From NCBI GenBank assembly GCA_965205855.1, contig OZ242184.1:160001-224000 (forward strand): DNA of 64,000 bases, read 5' to 3'. Positions 20,411-32,657 of this stretch are shown piece after piece (position 1 is the stretch's first letter; every line of letters begins with the position of its first letter). The notes under the pieces are model-generated. The model did not search any database. It worked only from the letters and a program-made list of their open reading frames with translations, and was not told the DNA's origin. The DNA is from Thermodesulfobacteriota bacterium. GTDB taxonomy: Bacteria; Desulfobacterota_D; UBA1144; Nemesobacterales; Mycalebacteriaceae. A program made the translations under genes and the position numbers.

Positions 20411-21902
20411 AACTCTCATGGTTCAAGGCACCGCATCTCATGCGGGCAAGAGCGTTATAACCGCTGGACTGTGCAGGATTTTTGCCCGCAGTGGGGTGTC
20501 GGTTTCCCCTTTCAAATCTCAAAATATGAGTCTCAACTCCTTTGTTACAAAAGACGGCGCCGAGATTGGAAGGGCGCAGGCAATGCAAGCGCAGGCGGCG
20601 GGTGTGGCTCCGCTTGGGGACATGAATCCGATACTTCTCAAGCCCCTGACCGACGATGGGTCGCAGGTGATGGTTCTCGGCAAGCCGGTCGGCAATATGA
20701 CTTTCAGGCAGTATCTGGAGTTTCGCCCGACCGCTCTTGAGGCGGTTCGCTCCAGTCTTGACCGTCTGATGAAAAAGTTTGATGTGGTTGTGATTGAAGG
20801 TGCGGGTGGCACGGCGGAAATCAATTTTTCCCGCAACGAGATAGTCAACATGACGGTCGCAAAACTCGCGGACGCCCCGGTTTTGCTTGTTGGAGACATA
20901 GACAGGGGCGGCGTTTTCGCCTCTCTTGTGGGAACTTTTGAGTTGCTGGAGCGGGAGGAAAAAGACCGCATAAAGGGAATGGTGATAAACAAGTTCCGCG
21001 GGGACGCATCTTTGCTTGGGAAAGGGATTGGAATTCTTGAGGAAAAAACCGGAAAACCGGTTCTGGGCGTTGTTCCTTATATGGAGTCTCTGCTTGTTGA
21101 CGATGAAGATTCAGTTTCCCTTGAAATGCGGGCGCGGAAGTGTTCAAAGGGAAATTTGAAGGTGTGCGTTCCGAGATTTCCTCGTATATCAAATTTTACG
21201 GATTTGAGGCCGCTTGAAATGGAGGCCGGAGTGTCCGTTGTGTATGCGGAAAAACCCGCCGATTTTTCGGACGCGGACGCGGTTGTGATACCGGGAACCA
21301 AAGCGACAATTGCCGATTTGCGTTTTTTCAAAAAAAGCGGCGCGGCGGAGGCGGTGGCAAGAATGTGCGGGGACGGAGCTCCGGTGATTGGAATATGTGG
21401 AGGTTATCAAATGCTGGGGTCAAATCTTTCAGACCCTTGCGGTTTTGAATCAGACCGAAGCGCGGAGACGGGGCTTGGAATTTTCTCCGCCTCAACTGAG
21501 ATAAAAGAGGAAAAAACCCTCAAACAAGCGGTTGCGAGGGTAGAAAACGGCGGAGAGGTTTTCTCGGATATTGAGGGGGAGGAAGTAACCGGATATGAGA
21601 TTCACATGGGGCGTACGGAGTCTGCGGGCGGGGTCAGGTCTTTTTTTCAAAAACCGGACGGGTCTTGCGATGGAGCGGTGAGTGAAAAGGGCAATGTTTA
21701 CGGCACATATCTTCACGGGATTTTTGAGAATGACAATTTAAGGGGGGCGTTTTTGAGGTATCTGCGCGCAAGAAAGGGAATCGTGCAAAAACCTTCGGGA
21801 AGTTTTGAGCTGGAAAGAGAGAGACAATATGACAGAATCGCGGACTGTTTGGAGGAGAGCTTGGACATGGACGCGGTGATGAGTATTGTTGATAATAGAT
21901 GA
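20400..21902 (+). CDS. cobQ: Cobyric acid synthase CobQ/CbiP
   Basis: MVQGTASHAGKS, PFKSQNMSLNS, DIDRGG, GICGGYQMLG and GTYLHG motifs. GTG start at 20400. Confidence 0.97.
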   Translation: MRAKTLMVQGTASHAGKSVITAGLCRIFARSGVSVSPFKSQNMSLNSFVTKDGAEIGRAQAMQAQAAGVAPLGDMNPILLKPLTDDGSQVMVLGKPVGNMTFRQYLEFRPTALEAVRSSLDRLMKKFDVVVIEGAGGTAEINFSRNEIVNMTVAKLADAPVLLVGDIDRGGVFASLVGTFELLEREEKDRIKGMVINKFRGDASLLGKGIGILEEKTGKPVLGVVPYMESLLVDDEDSVSLEMRARKCSKGNLKVCVPRFPRISNFTDLRPLEMEAGVSVVYAEKPADFSDADAVVIPGTKATIADLRFFKKSGAAEAVARMCGDGAPVIGICGGYQMLGSNLSDPCGFESDRSAETGLGIFSASTEIKEEKTLKQAVARVENGGEVFSDIEGEEVTGYEIHMGRTESAGGVRSFFQKPDGSCDGAVSEKGNVYGTYLHGIFENDNLRGAFLRYLRARKGIVQKPSGSFELERERQYDRIADCLEESLDMDAVMSIVDNR

Positions 21903-21992
21903 ATGCTTTCCTAATTTATTTGATACTCACCGGAGGAGAATTTTCTTAAAAGATTTTTTATCTTATGTTCCTACTGATTGTTTTTAAATAAG

Positions 21993-23054
21993 ATGTGCTC
22001 AATGCAGACAACCCGTAAAATTCCCATAACCGTAATAACCGGCTTTCTTGGATCCGGAAAAACAACCATTGTCCGCAATCTTCTAGAACAGGCGGCCGGC
22101 CGGCGGATAACTGTTATTGTCAATGAATTCGGAGATGTGGGGATTGACGGGGAAATCATCCGTTCTTCCTGCGGTTGCGAAGAAGGCAAAATTGTTGAGT
22201 TGAGCAACGGATGTCTTTGTTGCACGGTTCAGGAAGAATTTCTGCCGACCATGAGAAAACTCGTTGAGAGAAAAAAGGATATTGATCACATTGTGATAGA
22301 GACTTCCGGGCTCGCGTTGCCCAAACCCCTTGTCCGCGCCGTTAACTGGCCTGATTTAAAGCCCCATTTTTCCGTTGACTCGGTTATTGCCGTTGTTGAC
22401 GCGGACGGCATCGCGACAGGGGAAATATGCGACAGAAAGAGGGTTCAATCCCAGCGCGAAGCGGATGATTCACTTGACCACGAAACACCGATAGAGGAGT
22501 TGTTTACAGACCAGGTTTCCTGCGCGGATATGGTTGTTTTGAACAAGTCCGACCTTGTAAGTCAGAGAAAACTCAGAGAAATCGGGGATGTTTTAAAAGC
22601 GGAAATGAAAAAAGGCGCGGCGGTTGTTCCCGCTCAAATGGGGGAAGTGTCCGCAGAAGTTCTGCTCGGAGTCGGCGCTGCCGCCGAAGATGATCTGGAC
22701 TCAAGACACTCCGCCCATGAGGAGCAACACGAAAACGGAGTTGACCATGAACATGACGAGGAAATTGATTCCGTTGTAGTAGAAATAAAGTCCGAATTAT
22801 CGCCGCAAGACCTTGTTGCGGCGTTGAGGCAAACCGTTCGGGAATATGAAATCTACAGAATAAAAGGTTTTATGAAGGTTGCGGACAAGCCGATGAGAAT
22901 GCTTATTCAGGGAGTCGGAGAGAGGTTTGACTGGTATTTTGATAGATCGTGGGGTGAAAATGAAACCGCGGCGACGCGACTGGTTTTTATTGGAAGAAAC
23001 CTCTCGCATTTGAATCTTGGCGTTATTGTGGAAAAAAACCTCTCACGTATTTAA
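21993..23054 (+). CDS. cobW: Cobalamin biosynthesis metallochaperone GTPase CobW (COG0523)
   Basis: GFLGSGKTT, NGCLCCTV, ETSGLALPKPL, a His-rich insert, and position directly before cobN. Confidence 0.95.
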   Translation: MCSMQTTRKIPITVITGFLGSGKTTIVRNLLEQAAGRRITVIVNEFGDVGIDGEIIRSSCGCEEGKIVELSNGCLCCTVQEEFLPTMRKLVERKKDIDHIVIETSGLALPKPLVRAVNWPDLKPHFSVDSVIAVVDADGIATGEICDRKRVQSQREADDSLDHETPIEELFTDQVSCADMVVLNKSDLVSQRKLREIGDVLKAEMKKGAAVVPAQMGEVSAEVLLGVGAAAEDDLDSRHSAHEEQHENGVDHEHDEEIDSVVVEIKSELSPQDLVAALRQTVREYEIYRIKGFMKVADKPMRMLIQGVGERFDWYFDRSWGENETAATRLVFIGRNLSHLNLGVIVEKNLSRI

Positions 23055-23084
23055 TTTTATTTTTGGTTTTGTGCCTTTGAAGAA

Positions 23085-26000
23085 ATGCATCTTATAGCGA
23101 CCATACCGGGAGGATGGAATCCGGCGGATGACGGCGGGATTTTTTCCATAGATCAGACTCCGGGTGACATTGTTTTTCTGTCCGCCGCGGACACTGATAT
23201 TTTTTGTCTTAATTCCGCGTATTTAAAACTTTCCCGTAGCGCGAAAATTCCCTCGCTACGTATGGCGAACCTGTCGTATCTGAAGCGCGAACTTTCGGTT
23301 GACAATTATATTGACGGCGTTGTAAGTTCCGCCCGCCTTGTTGTCGCGAGGATGCTGGGAGGAAAAAATTACCATCCTTATGTTTGTGACGCCCTTACGA
23401 GCGAGTGTGCAAAAAATAAAATTCCGCTGATTTTTCTTCCCGGAGACGATAGTCCCGATATTGACCTTATGTCCATGTCATCGGCTCCGGCGGATATTGT
23501 CCTGAGCGCGCTGAACTATTTTTCTCTCGGCGGAGAGAAAAATTACGGGAATTTTCTAAAATTGGTTTTTAACAGTTTTTTTGGTTTTGACTTTTCCGTC
23601 CTTCCGGCGGAAAAAATGCCGGATATTTTTTCAGAAGATATTTCCACCGACGCTTCCGGTAAAACTGTTAAAACCAAAACTGCGGCAATTGTGGCATACA
23701 GAAGCCTCAGTCTTTCCGGCAATGTTTCGCCCGTTAAGATGCTCGCGGAAAAACTCGCCACACGCGGTTTTAGCACAAGGGCGATTTTTGTGAAAAGCCT
23801 GAGGGAGTGTGAAGATATTATCGGTCTGTTGGAATTTCTTTCGCACGGCGCGTTTGATTTAATTTTCAACACTACAAGCTTTGCCCTTAAAAGTGGGTCG
23901 GACGGGAAAGATTTTATTTTTGAAAAAATAGGGATTCCGGTGTTTCAGGCCGTTTTTGCTTCCTGCTCGGAAGAAATATGGAGAGAAAACCTTTTCGGTC
24001 TTTCCCCCACCGACATAGCCATAAACATATCTCTTCCGGAAATGGACGGAAAAATTGACGCTGGCCCGGTTTCATTTAAAAGCGCGACCGGAAAAGACCC
24101 CTGCACGGATTCGGAAATAGTAAGGTATTCCCCGCACGAAAAAGGATGCGAACGCGCGGCTCTTCTGGGCGACCGGTGGCTCAATCTTGCCCGGAAGAAA
24201 AACCCGGACAAACAAATCGCGCTGATAATGCCCAACTATCCCTCGCGTGACGGTAGGCTCGCAAACGGAGTGGGGCTTGACACTCCGCAGAGCTGTGTCC
24301 GTATCCTCAAGAGTCTCGCCGCCGGGGGTTATGAACTTGGAGAGAGTTTTCCGGACTTCGGAGCGGAGCTTATGGAACTCCTTTCACAAAGGATTACAAA
24401 CGACCCGGATTTTATGGACACAAGGGATTTTGAGATTTTTCTTCCGCTTGATGAATTTACGGATAACTACGGACAGCTTTCTGAAAATATGCGCAAACGT
24501 ATTGAGAAGCAGTGGGGAAGCCCGGAAAACGACCCGCACATCAGGGATGGCGGTTTCCCGTTGCCGGGAGTTTTATTCGGCAATGTGTTTGTTTCAATAC
24601 AGCCGGAGCGGGGATACGGGCAGGACGCGAAAGCGGTTTACCATTCGCCCGATATTCCGCCGCCTTTCCGTTATCTGGCTTTCTATTTCTGGCTTTCAAG
24701 CCATTTTCAGGCAGATGCCGTCATACATCTCGGCAAACACGGCAATCTTGAGTGGCTGCCGGGCAAAAGCGTCGCCCTTGACCCGCAAACATGTTTTCCC
24801 GAGGCGTTGCTTCCTCCAGTTCCTCACTTCTATCCGTTCATTATAAACGACCCCGGCGAAGGCTCGCAGGCGAAAAGGCGTTCTCACGCCGTGATTATAG
24901 ACCATCTTGTTCCGCCGATGGCGCGCGCAGAGTCTTACGGCGACTATCTGAGGCTTGAGCAACTTATGGATGAATACTATCAGGCGCTCGGGCTTGACCC
25001 GCCAAGGGCGGAATTTCTCAAAAATGAGATATCTCAAGTTGTCACGAAGACACATCTTTATAAAGACCTCGCTTGTGCGCGGGAGGATGTGGACGGGATT
25101 CTAACGCATTTGGACGCTTACCTTTGCGAGATTAAGGAATCTCAGATACGCGGCGGACTTCATATTTTGGGCCAATGTCCTGAGGGTGAGAGACTTGCCG
25201 AAACCGTGGTTGCTCTTCACAGGATTCCCTCCGGTGGACTTCCCGGAATAACACAGTCCCTTGCCAAAGATATGGGGCTTGGGTTTGATCCTCTCAACTG
25301 TGATTACGGCGCGGAGCTGAATGTTGCTGTCTGCGGGAAAGAATACAGAACCGCGGGCGCGGCCGTTGGAGAGCTTGAGGAAATTGCAAAACAAAATGTG
25401 CGACTCGCCATTGAAAATTCTTCGGTGAAACATATTGATGCGGAGCGGTTTCCGGGTTTTCTTTCCGTTATTCGCGCTGCGGTTTCAACTACTTTTCCCA
25501 GCCTGGTCTTATGCTCAAATGAGATTCAAAACCTGCTTGGCGGTCTGGAAGGGCGTTATGTTCCGTCTGGTCCTTCGGGGGCGCCGACAAGAGGAAAACC
25601 GGACATTCTTCCCACGGGCAGAAACTTTCACTCGCTGGATACAAGAGGGTTGCCGACACGGGCGGCGTATCTGCTTGGAACCAAAAGCGCCTCCGCACTT
25701 TTGGAGAGGTATCTTCAGGAAAACGGTGTTTATCCCAGTGCGGTCGGTATTTCCGTCTGGGGCACTTCGACGATGCGCACGGGCGGGGACGACATTGCTC
25801 AGGCGTTTGTGCTTCTCGGTTTGCGTCCTATGTGGCGTGGCGAAAGCGGCAGGGTTGCGGATTTTGAAGTTCTCTCGCTTGCCGAATTAAAAAGACCGAG
25901 AGTGGATGTTGTTCTCAGAATTTCCGGCTTCTTCAGGGACGCGTTTCCGGAACTGATTTCGCTTTTTAACGCAGCAGTTGAAAAGGTGGCTCAAATGGAT

Positions 26001-26816
26001 GACGAGCCTGCGGAACTCAATCCCGTGAGAAGCCGCTACTTGGGTGAAAAAGCGGAGTGGATAAAAGAGGGAATTGACGGGCAAACCGCCCATGAGCGCT
26101 CTCTCTACAGGGTTTTCGGCTCAAAACCCGGTTCCTACGGCGCGGGGTTGCAGGGTGCTGTTGATTCAAAGAATTGGAGTAATTCCGACGACCTTGCCCT
26201 CATATACCTGAACTGGAGCGGCTACGCATATGGAAAGTCCGGCCCCAAGTCCGCTCACGAAACCTACCGCCGCCGGCTTGCTTGTATGGATGTTGTTATC
26301 CAGAATCAAGACAATCGGGAGCATGATATTCTGGATTCCGATGACTACTACCAGTTCCACGGTGGTATGGCCAATGCGGCGCATGCGGAAAAAGGCGTTA
26401 TGCCCGCGCTCTATTTCGGCGACAACTCAAAACCCGAAAATCCGAAAGTGAGAACCCTGAAGGAGGAAATTCTCAGGGTTTACCGTTCCCGCGTGGTCAA
26501 TCCCAAGTGGATTGAAGGCATGAGGGCTCACGGATACAAAGGGGCTTTTGAGATGGCCGCTACAGTGGACTATATCTTCGGTTATGACGCGACAACGGGA
26601 GTTGTTGATGATTTCATTTACGAAGGCGTGGCGCAGGCTTATCTTTTTGACTCGGGTAATTTTGAATTTTTAAAACAAAACAACCCGCGCGCGGCGGTGG
26701 AAATGGCGGAAAGGATGCTTGAGGCCGCGCAGCGCGGCATGTGGAAAAGCCCGGACGCGCAAACCCTTGACAAACTGAGCACCGTTTTCACAGAAGCCGA
26801 GGCGCAAACAGAGTAA
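23085..26816 (+). CDS. cobN: Cobaltochelatase subunit CobN
   Basis: 1243 aa. NGVGLDTP, HLGKHGNLEWLPGK, LPTGRNF and YRSRVVNPKWI..HGYKGA motifs. Confidence 0.97.
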   Translation: MHLIATIPGGWNPADDGGIFSIDQTPGDIVFLSAADTDIFCLNSAYLKLSRSAKIPSLRMANLSYLKRELSVDNYIDGVVSSARLVVARMLGGKNYHPYVCDALTSECAKNKIPLIFLPGDDSPDIDLMSMSSAPADIVLSALNYFSLGGEKNYGNFLKLVFNSFFGFDFSVLPAEKMPDIFSEDISTDASGKTVKTKTAAIVAYRSLSLSGNVSPVKMLAEKLATRGFSTRAIFVKSLRECEDIIGLLEFLSHGAFDLIFNTTSFALKSGSDGKDFIFEKIGIPVFQAVFASCSEEIWRENLFGLSPTDIAINISLPEMDGKIDAGPVSFKSATGKDPCTDSEIVRYSPHEKGCERAALLGDRWLNLARKKNPDKQIALIMPNYPSRDGRLANGVGLDTPQSCVRILKSLAAGGYELGESFPDFGAELMELLSQRITNDPDFMDTRDFEIFLPLDEFTDNYGQLSENMRKRIEKQWGSPENDPHIRDGGFPLPGVLFGNVFVSIQPERGYGQDAKAVYHSPDIPPPFRYLAFYFWLSSHFQADAVIHLGKHGNLEWLPGKSVALDPQTCFPEALLPPVPHFYPFIINDPGEGSQAKRRSHAVIIDHLVPPMARAESYGDYLRLEQLMDEYYQALGLDPPRAEFLKNEISQVVTKTHLYKDLACAREDVDGILTHLDAYLCEIKESQIRGGLHILGQCPEGERLAETVVALHRIPSGGLPGITQSLAKDMGLGFDPLNCDYGAELNVAVCGKEYRTAGAAVGELEEIAKQNVRLAIENSSVKHIDAERFPGFLSVIRAAVSTTFPSLVLCSNEIQNLLGGLEGRYVPSGPSGAPTRGKPDILPTGRNFHSLDTRGLPTRAAYLLGTKSASALLERYLQENGVYPSAVGISVWGTSTMRTGGDDIAQAFVLLGLRPMWRGESGRVADFEVLSLAELKRPRVDVVLRISGFFRDAFPELISLFNAAVEKVAQMDDEPAELNPVRSRYLGEKAEWIKEGIDGQTAHERSLYRVFGSKPGSYGAGLQGAVDSKNWSNSDDLALIYLNWSGYAYGKSGPKSAHETYRRRLACMDVVIQNQDNREHDILDSDDYYQFHGGMANAAHAEKGVMPALYFGDNSKPENPKVRTLKEEILRVYRSRVVNPKWIEGMRAHGYKGAFEMAATVDYIFGYDATTGVVDDFIYEGVAQAYLFDSGNFEFLKQNNPRAAVEMAERMLEAAQRGMWKSPDAQTLDKLSTVFTEAEAQTE

Positions 26817-26908
26817 GAATCCGGACATTGTCCGTAATGACATCCGTACGACTGGTGTTTTTTTTTTTTTGAAACTGTTGGCATATCCGCCGCCTTTCCA
26901 AAGCGGAG

Positions 26909-27823
26909 TCAGCCCGAATTTACAAACCGCCATGTTTTTGCGATTCCCTCATTAAGGTTCACTTCGGGATTCCAGCCGAAAGTTTTCCGGGCATGAGAGT
27001 TGTCGAGTGCTATTCTGCTTATATCGTCATTTTTTCTGGCGGTTTTTTTGATTTTTACCTTTTTCCCGGAAACCGCCGATAGACCGGCGATAATTTCATT
27101 AACGGAAGTTTCATTTCCGGTGGAAATGTTGAAAAAACCTCCCGGTTTTTCAATGCACAGTGCGTTTGCGCGTGCGACATCGGAGCAATGAACATAGTCC
27201 CTTGTCTGGTTCCCGTCTCCAAATATGGTTGTTTCCCGGTTTGTTTTTTGATTTCCGCATAAAATTGCCACAATTCCGTTTTTCCTTTCCGTATCCTGCC
27301 TCTCTCCGTAAACATTTGAGTAACGCAGGGATGTGAACTCCACTCCCCGTCGTGATTTAAAAAACCGCAAGTAGTTCTCAACGCACAATTTGGCCATGCC
27401 GTAAGGGGATTGGGGATGTTTTGCGCTCCGTTCGTCCACGGGCGGATTTCGTACATCTCCGTACACGGCTCCCGTTGAGGCAAAAACGAATCTTTTTACC
27501 CCGTGCTCGGAGCAAAGCGCAAGCAGATTCAGTGAACCAAGTATGTTGATTTCTGCATCATGAGCGGGGTCTTCCGCGGATATACGCACATCCGCCTGCG
27601 CCGCATGGTGGTTTACCAAATCCGGTTTGAAGGACGAGAATATTCCGTCCGCCGCCTTTGTGTTTCTTATATCGCATCTTTCAAGCTCCGCGGCGGGTGG
27701 AATGTTTTCTTCCTTACCCGTTGACAAATTGTCCATGATGAGAACTTTGTGCCCGAATTTTATAAGTTCGCGGGAAATATGAGAGCCGATAAATCCGGCA
27801 CCGCCGGTGAGTAATATTTTCAT
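26909..27823 (-). CDS. NAD-dependent epimerase/dehydratase (UDP-glucose 4-epimerase-like)
   Basis: TGGAGFIGS, HHAAQ, YGMAK (YxxxK) and GDGNQTRDYV motifs. Confidence 0.92.
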   Translation of the reverse strand: MKILLTGGAGFIGSHISRELIKFGHKVLIMDNLSTGKEENIPPAAELERCDIRNTKAADGIFSSFKPDLVNHHAAQADVRISAEDPAHDAEINILGSLNLLALCSEHGVKRFVFASTGAVYGDVRNPPVDERSAKHPQSPYGMAKLCVENYLRFFKSRRGVEFTSLRYSNVYGERQDTERKNGIVAILCGNQKTNRETTIFGDGNQTRDYVHCSDVARANALCIEKPGGFFNISTGNETSVNEIIAGLSAVSGKKVKIKKTARKNDDISRIALDNSHARKTFGWNPEVNLNEGIAKTWRFVNSG

Positions 27824-27938
27824 CAAAGTATTTATGATAGCGGTTTTTTATTCTTGTCTTGAGTTTTTTTAATAATAAGGCGCGAAAGTGTTTTGTCTCC
27901 AGGTCTTTGGTTTTTTATTTCATATCATGATCGGATAT

Positions 27939-28023
27939 TGCCGAAGGGGGGACTCGAACCCCCACGGGCTTGTCGCCCACTGGATCCTGAATCCAGCGCG
28001 TCTGCCAATTCCGCCACTTCGGC
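27939..28023 (-). tRNA. tRNA-Leu (anticodon CAG)
   Basis: Minus strand reads GCCGAAG TGGCGGAATTGGCAGACGCG CTGGA-TTCAGGA-TCCAG, a long variable arm, a GGTTCGAGTCC T-arm and CTTCGGCA. CCA is not encoded. Confidence 0.97.
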
Positions 28024-28096
28024 TGAAAGCCTCACACCAAAGCACCTATTGTAACACGCAAAGACGGTTTTTTTTCCGCATTGAAAAAATCCTTTC

Positions 28097-28124
28097 TTGA
28101 CAACAAGTTTCCGGTGATTATCTT
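28097..28124 (+). promoter_or_regulatory. Putative sigma70 promoter for groESL
   Basis: TTGACA-N16-TATCTT about 100 bp upstream of groES. Confidence 0.5.
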
Positions 28125-28222
28125 TACCGTCGGTTTTGGGGTGAAATGGTTCGCATTTGCTTTTGCATATGCGGTATACACTCCACTAAAAAGAAAATAT
28201 ATCTTTAGGAGGATAAGCGATA

Positions 28223-28522
28223 ATGGCTGCAAAGACAAACTTCAGGCCGCTTCACGACAAAGTACTTATAAGACGGTTGGAAGGAATGGATAAAACCGAG
28301 GGCGGTATCATCATACCCGACACCGCTCAGGAACAGTCTCAGGAAGGTAAGGTTGTTGCCGTTGGCAATGGCACTGTAGATGAGGATGGCAAAGTCAGAA
28401 AACTTGATGTCAAGCCGGGAGATGTAGTTCTCTTCAGTAAATACGGCGGAACTGATATTAACATAGAAGGCAAAAGCCATGTTGTTATGAAAGAGGAAGA
28501 GATACTTGCCATTGTCGGTTAA
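28223..28522 (+). CDS. groES: Co-chaperonin GroES
   Basis: FRPLHDKVLI, TEGGIIIPDTA and KYGGT motifs. Confidence 0.99.
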   Translation: MAAKTNFRPLHDKVLIRRLEGMDKTEGGIIIPDTAQEQSQEGKVVAVGNGTVDEDGKVRKLDVKPGDVVLFSKYGGTDINIEGKSHVVMKEEEILAIVG

Positions 28523-28553
28523 ACTCCGGTTCCGCAGGTAATCTCGCAATTAA

Positions 28554-30215
<1,662 letters not shown>

Positions 30216-30240
30216 TTTCCGCTTTTTGCTGGTAATATAA

Positions 30241-30277
30241 AAACCGGTTTTGCTTTAGGGCAACGCCGGTTTTTTTT
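30241..30277 (+). terminator. Rho-independent terminator after groEL
   Basis: AACCGG..TTGC/GCAA..CCGGTT stem followed by a T-tract. Confidence 0.75.
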
Positions 30278-30309
30278 ATGTAAAGTATGCTTTTCAAGGA
30301 GTCTATTCT

Positions 30310-31548
30310 GTGAGTCGGTCTGAAAGAAACTTTTTACTGCCCGCTATCATAGCGGGAGTATTTGTCGGCGTTGTGTCTGGAGCAGTTTTTCCCGAATTCA
30401 GCCTGTCTGTCGGGTTTGTCGGAGACATATTTCTTGACCTGCTTAAAATGATGGTCATTCCCCTTGTGATGGTAAGCATAACGCTCGGCGTTATGAGGTT
30501 ACGCGATTTTCGGTCCGTGGGGATGAAAACACTTTTTTATTATCTCATAACAACCGCTATTTCGGTTTCCATAGGAATCATGGTGGTAACACTTCTTCAC
30601 CCCGGAGGTCCGGAGACGCTCGGAGTCATGACAGATGAAATGAAGTCTCAGGCGTTTATGAAAGTTGAGGGCAAGAGCGCGGGATTGGAAGAGGTGTTGG
30701 GAAGCATGTTCACATCCAATATTTTCAAGTCCGCAGTTGATTTTCAAATACTTCCGTTGATAGTTTTTTCTCTGCTTTTCGGTCTCGCTCTGGCACGAAC
30801 CGGAGCTGCGGCGGCTCCGCTTGAATCGCTTTTGACCTCGCTCGACGGGGCGATAATGAAGCTTGTCCACTGGATAATCAACCTCACGCCGATAGGTGTC
30901 GCCTGCATAATTGCCGCGAGAATAGGGAAGGCCGGCGGTGGCGAAGCCATTTATTCCATGGCCGCGGGAATCGGGAAATATATGCTTGCGGTTATTGTCG
31001 GGCTTGGAATCCACGGCTTGATAGTGCTACCGCTTATGTTGTTTGTTTTCTCGCGCAGAAACCCTCTTCAATACTTCAGGCAAATGAGCAAAGCGCTTCT
31101 TACCGCTTTCTCTACGGCATCGTCTTCGGCAACCCTTCCTCTCACCATGACAAGCGCCATTGAGGAGGCAAAAGTGTCTCCCAAAGTGGGAAATTTTGTT
31201 TTGCCTCTCGGAGCAACAGTGAACATGGATGGCACGGCTCTTTACGAAGCGGTCGCGGTGATATTTATCGCTCAGGTGTATGCGGTGCCGCTTGAGCCGG
31301 CGCATCTTCTCGTCATATTTCTGACCGCGACTCTTGCGGCAATAGGAGCGGCGGGAATACCCGAAGCCGGTCTTGTTACCATGGTAATAGTGCTTACAAG
31401 TGTGGGGCTTCCTCTTGAAGGAATAGGTCTTCTTCTCTCGGTTGACTGGCTTCTTGACCGCTTCAGGACAACGGTCAACGTCTGGGGAGACAGTGTTGGA
31501 GCCGCGGTTGTGGATAAAATTACACAGGGGGCGTCACCCGGCACCTGA
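30310..31548 (+). CDS. Dicarboxylate/amino acid:cation symporter (DAACS, GltP-like)
   Basis: FSTASSSATLP, GATVNMDGTA and DRFRTTVNVWGD motifs. Confidence 0.95.
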   Translation: MSRSERNFLLPAIIAGVFVGVVSGAVFPEFSLSVGFVGDIFLDLLKMMVIPLVMVSITLGVMRLRDFRSVGMKTLFYYLITTAISVSIGIMVVTLLHPGGPETLGVMTDEMKSQAFMKVEGKSAGLEEVLGSMFTSNIFKSAVDFQILPLIVFSLLFGLALARTGAAAAPLESLLTSLDGAIMKLVHWIINLTPIGVACIIAARIGKAGGGEAIYSMAAGIGKYMLAVIVGLGIHGLIVLPLMLFVFSRRNPLQYFRQMSKALLTAFSTASSSATLPLTMTSAIEEAKVSPKVGNFVLPLGATVNMDGTALYEAVAVIFIAQVYAVPLEPAHLLVIFLTATLAAIGAAGIPEAGLVTMVIVLTSVGLPLEGIGLLLSVDWLLDRFRTTVNVWGDSVGAAVVDKITQGASPGT

Positions 31549-31569
31549 ACAGTTGCAAAAAAGGCTCAA

Positions 31570-32640
31570 ATGGATTCATTGTTGAATTTTTTTAATATCT
31601 TTGATCAGGGCAGCGGTTTACAAGTTTATGTTAAACCCGTCGCCGTGTTTTTGATTTCGTTTCTCTTCCTTAATTTTCTCATAAGGTTTTTCTCCGCGCA
31701 TTTCAGAAAGTTCGCAAAAACCACCGTGAACAATCTTGACGACCTGATTGCGGAACTTCTGGACAAAACACATTTAATTTTTGTGTTTGTTATCTCATTT
31801 TATATAGGCTCGTATTTCCTTGACCAGTCTTCTCTGGCGAGATTTGTTGGAAAGCAGTTTGTTTTCTCACTTCTTATAATTCAAACGGTTTTGTGGCTGG
31901 TATGTCTTGTTAATTTCTACATTATGAAGAATTATCAAAAATGGGGCATTACGCTGACGCAGGCGAATGTCTCCATTTTTTTTCTGCGGATTGTTTTATG
32001 GGTTTTTGCCCTGCTTATTCTCCTTGAGAATTTTGGAATTCGGGTAACACCTCTGATTGCGGGTCTGGGTATTGGAGGAATCGCGGTGGCTCTTGCCGTC
32101 CAGAGCGTACTTGGGGAGATTATAGCGTCGTTATCTATAATCATAGACAAACCCTTTGTTGTGGGCGACTTTATAGTGGTTGGTCAGTGCAAGGGCAATG
32201 TTGAGAAAGTTGGTTTTCAAACCACGCGCATAAGAAGCATTTCGGGCGAGTTGGTTGTTCTTTCAAATAATGAGCTTATCAGAAGCACAATACAAAACTA
32301 CAGAGACCTCCCCCGCCGCCGTGTTTTATTCTCCTTGGGAGTGGTTTATGAAACTGATGCGGAGAATATTGCCCGGATTCCCGATATTATCAAGGATATA
32401 GTAGACAAGCATCCAAATGCCAAGCATGAAAGGGTTCATTTTGTTGAGTTCGGGGATTTTTCTCTGAATTTTGAGGTTGCTTATCATGTTTTAACAAGCG
32501 ATTATGTTCTTTTTCTTGACACCAGACAGGAGATTAATTTGGAAATAATAAAGAAATTCCGCGCGCAAAACATAGATTTCGCCTATCCTACGCAAACACT
32601 GATTGCTGGCAGCCGGGTTGAAGTTGACTTAAAAAAATAA
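31570..32640 (+). CDS. Mechanosensitive ion channel, MscS family
   Basis: LIAGLGIGGIAVALAVQ, DKPFVVGDFI and FAYPTQTL motifs. Confidence 0.93.
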   Translation: MDSLLNFFNIFDQGSGLQVYVKPVAVFLISFLFLNFLIRFFSAHFRKFAKTTVNNLDDLIAELLDKTHLIFVFVISFYIGSYFLDQSSLARFVGKQFVFSLLIIQTVLWLVCLVNFYIMKNYQKWGITLTQANVSIFFLRIVLWVFALLILLENFGIRVTPLIAGLGIGGIAVALAVQSVLGEIIASLSIIIDKPFVVGDFIVVGQCKGNVEKVGFQTTRIRSISGELVVLSNNELIRSTIQNYRDLPRRRVLFSLGVVYETDAENIARIPDIIKDIVDKHPNAKHERVHFVEFGDFSLNFEVAYHVLTSDYVLFLDTRQEINLEIIKKFRAQNIDFAYPTQTLIAGSRVEVDLKK

Positions 32641-32657
32641 CAACGGAGGCTGTTTTA

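Noticed and set aside
21903-21992. Cobalamin riboswitch before cobW
   Set aside because: The spacer is too short and AT-rich and has no B12-box motifs.
27900-27960. tRNA-Leu as an integration site
   Set aside because: I saw no duplicated tRNA 3' end and no integrase; the flanking genes are ordinary.
28024-28222. CIRCE element before groES
   Set aside because: No TTAGCACTC-N9-GAGTGCTAA match.
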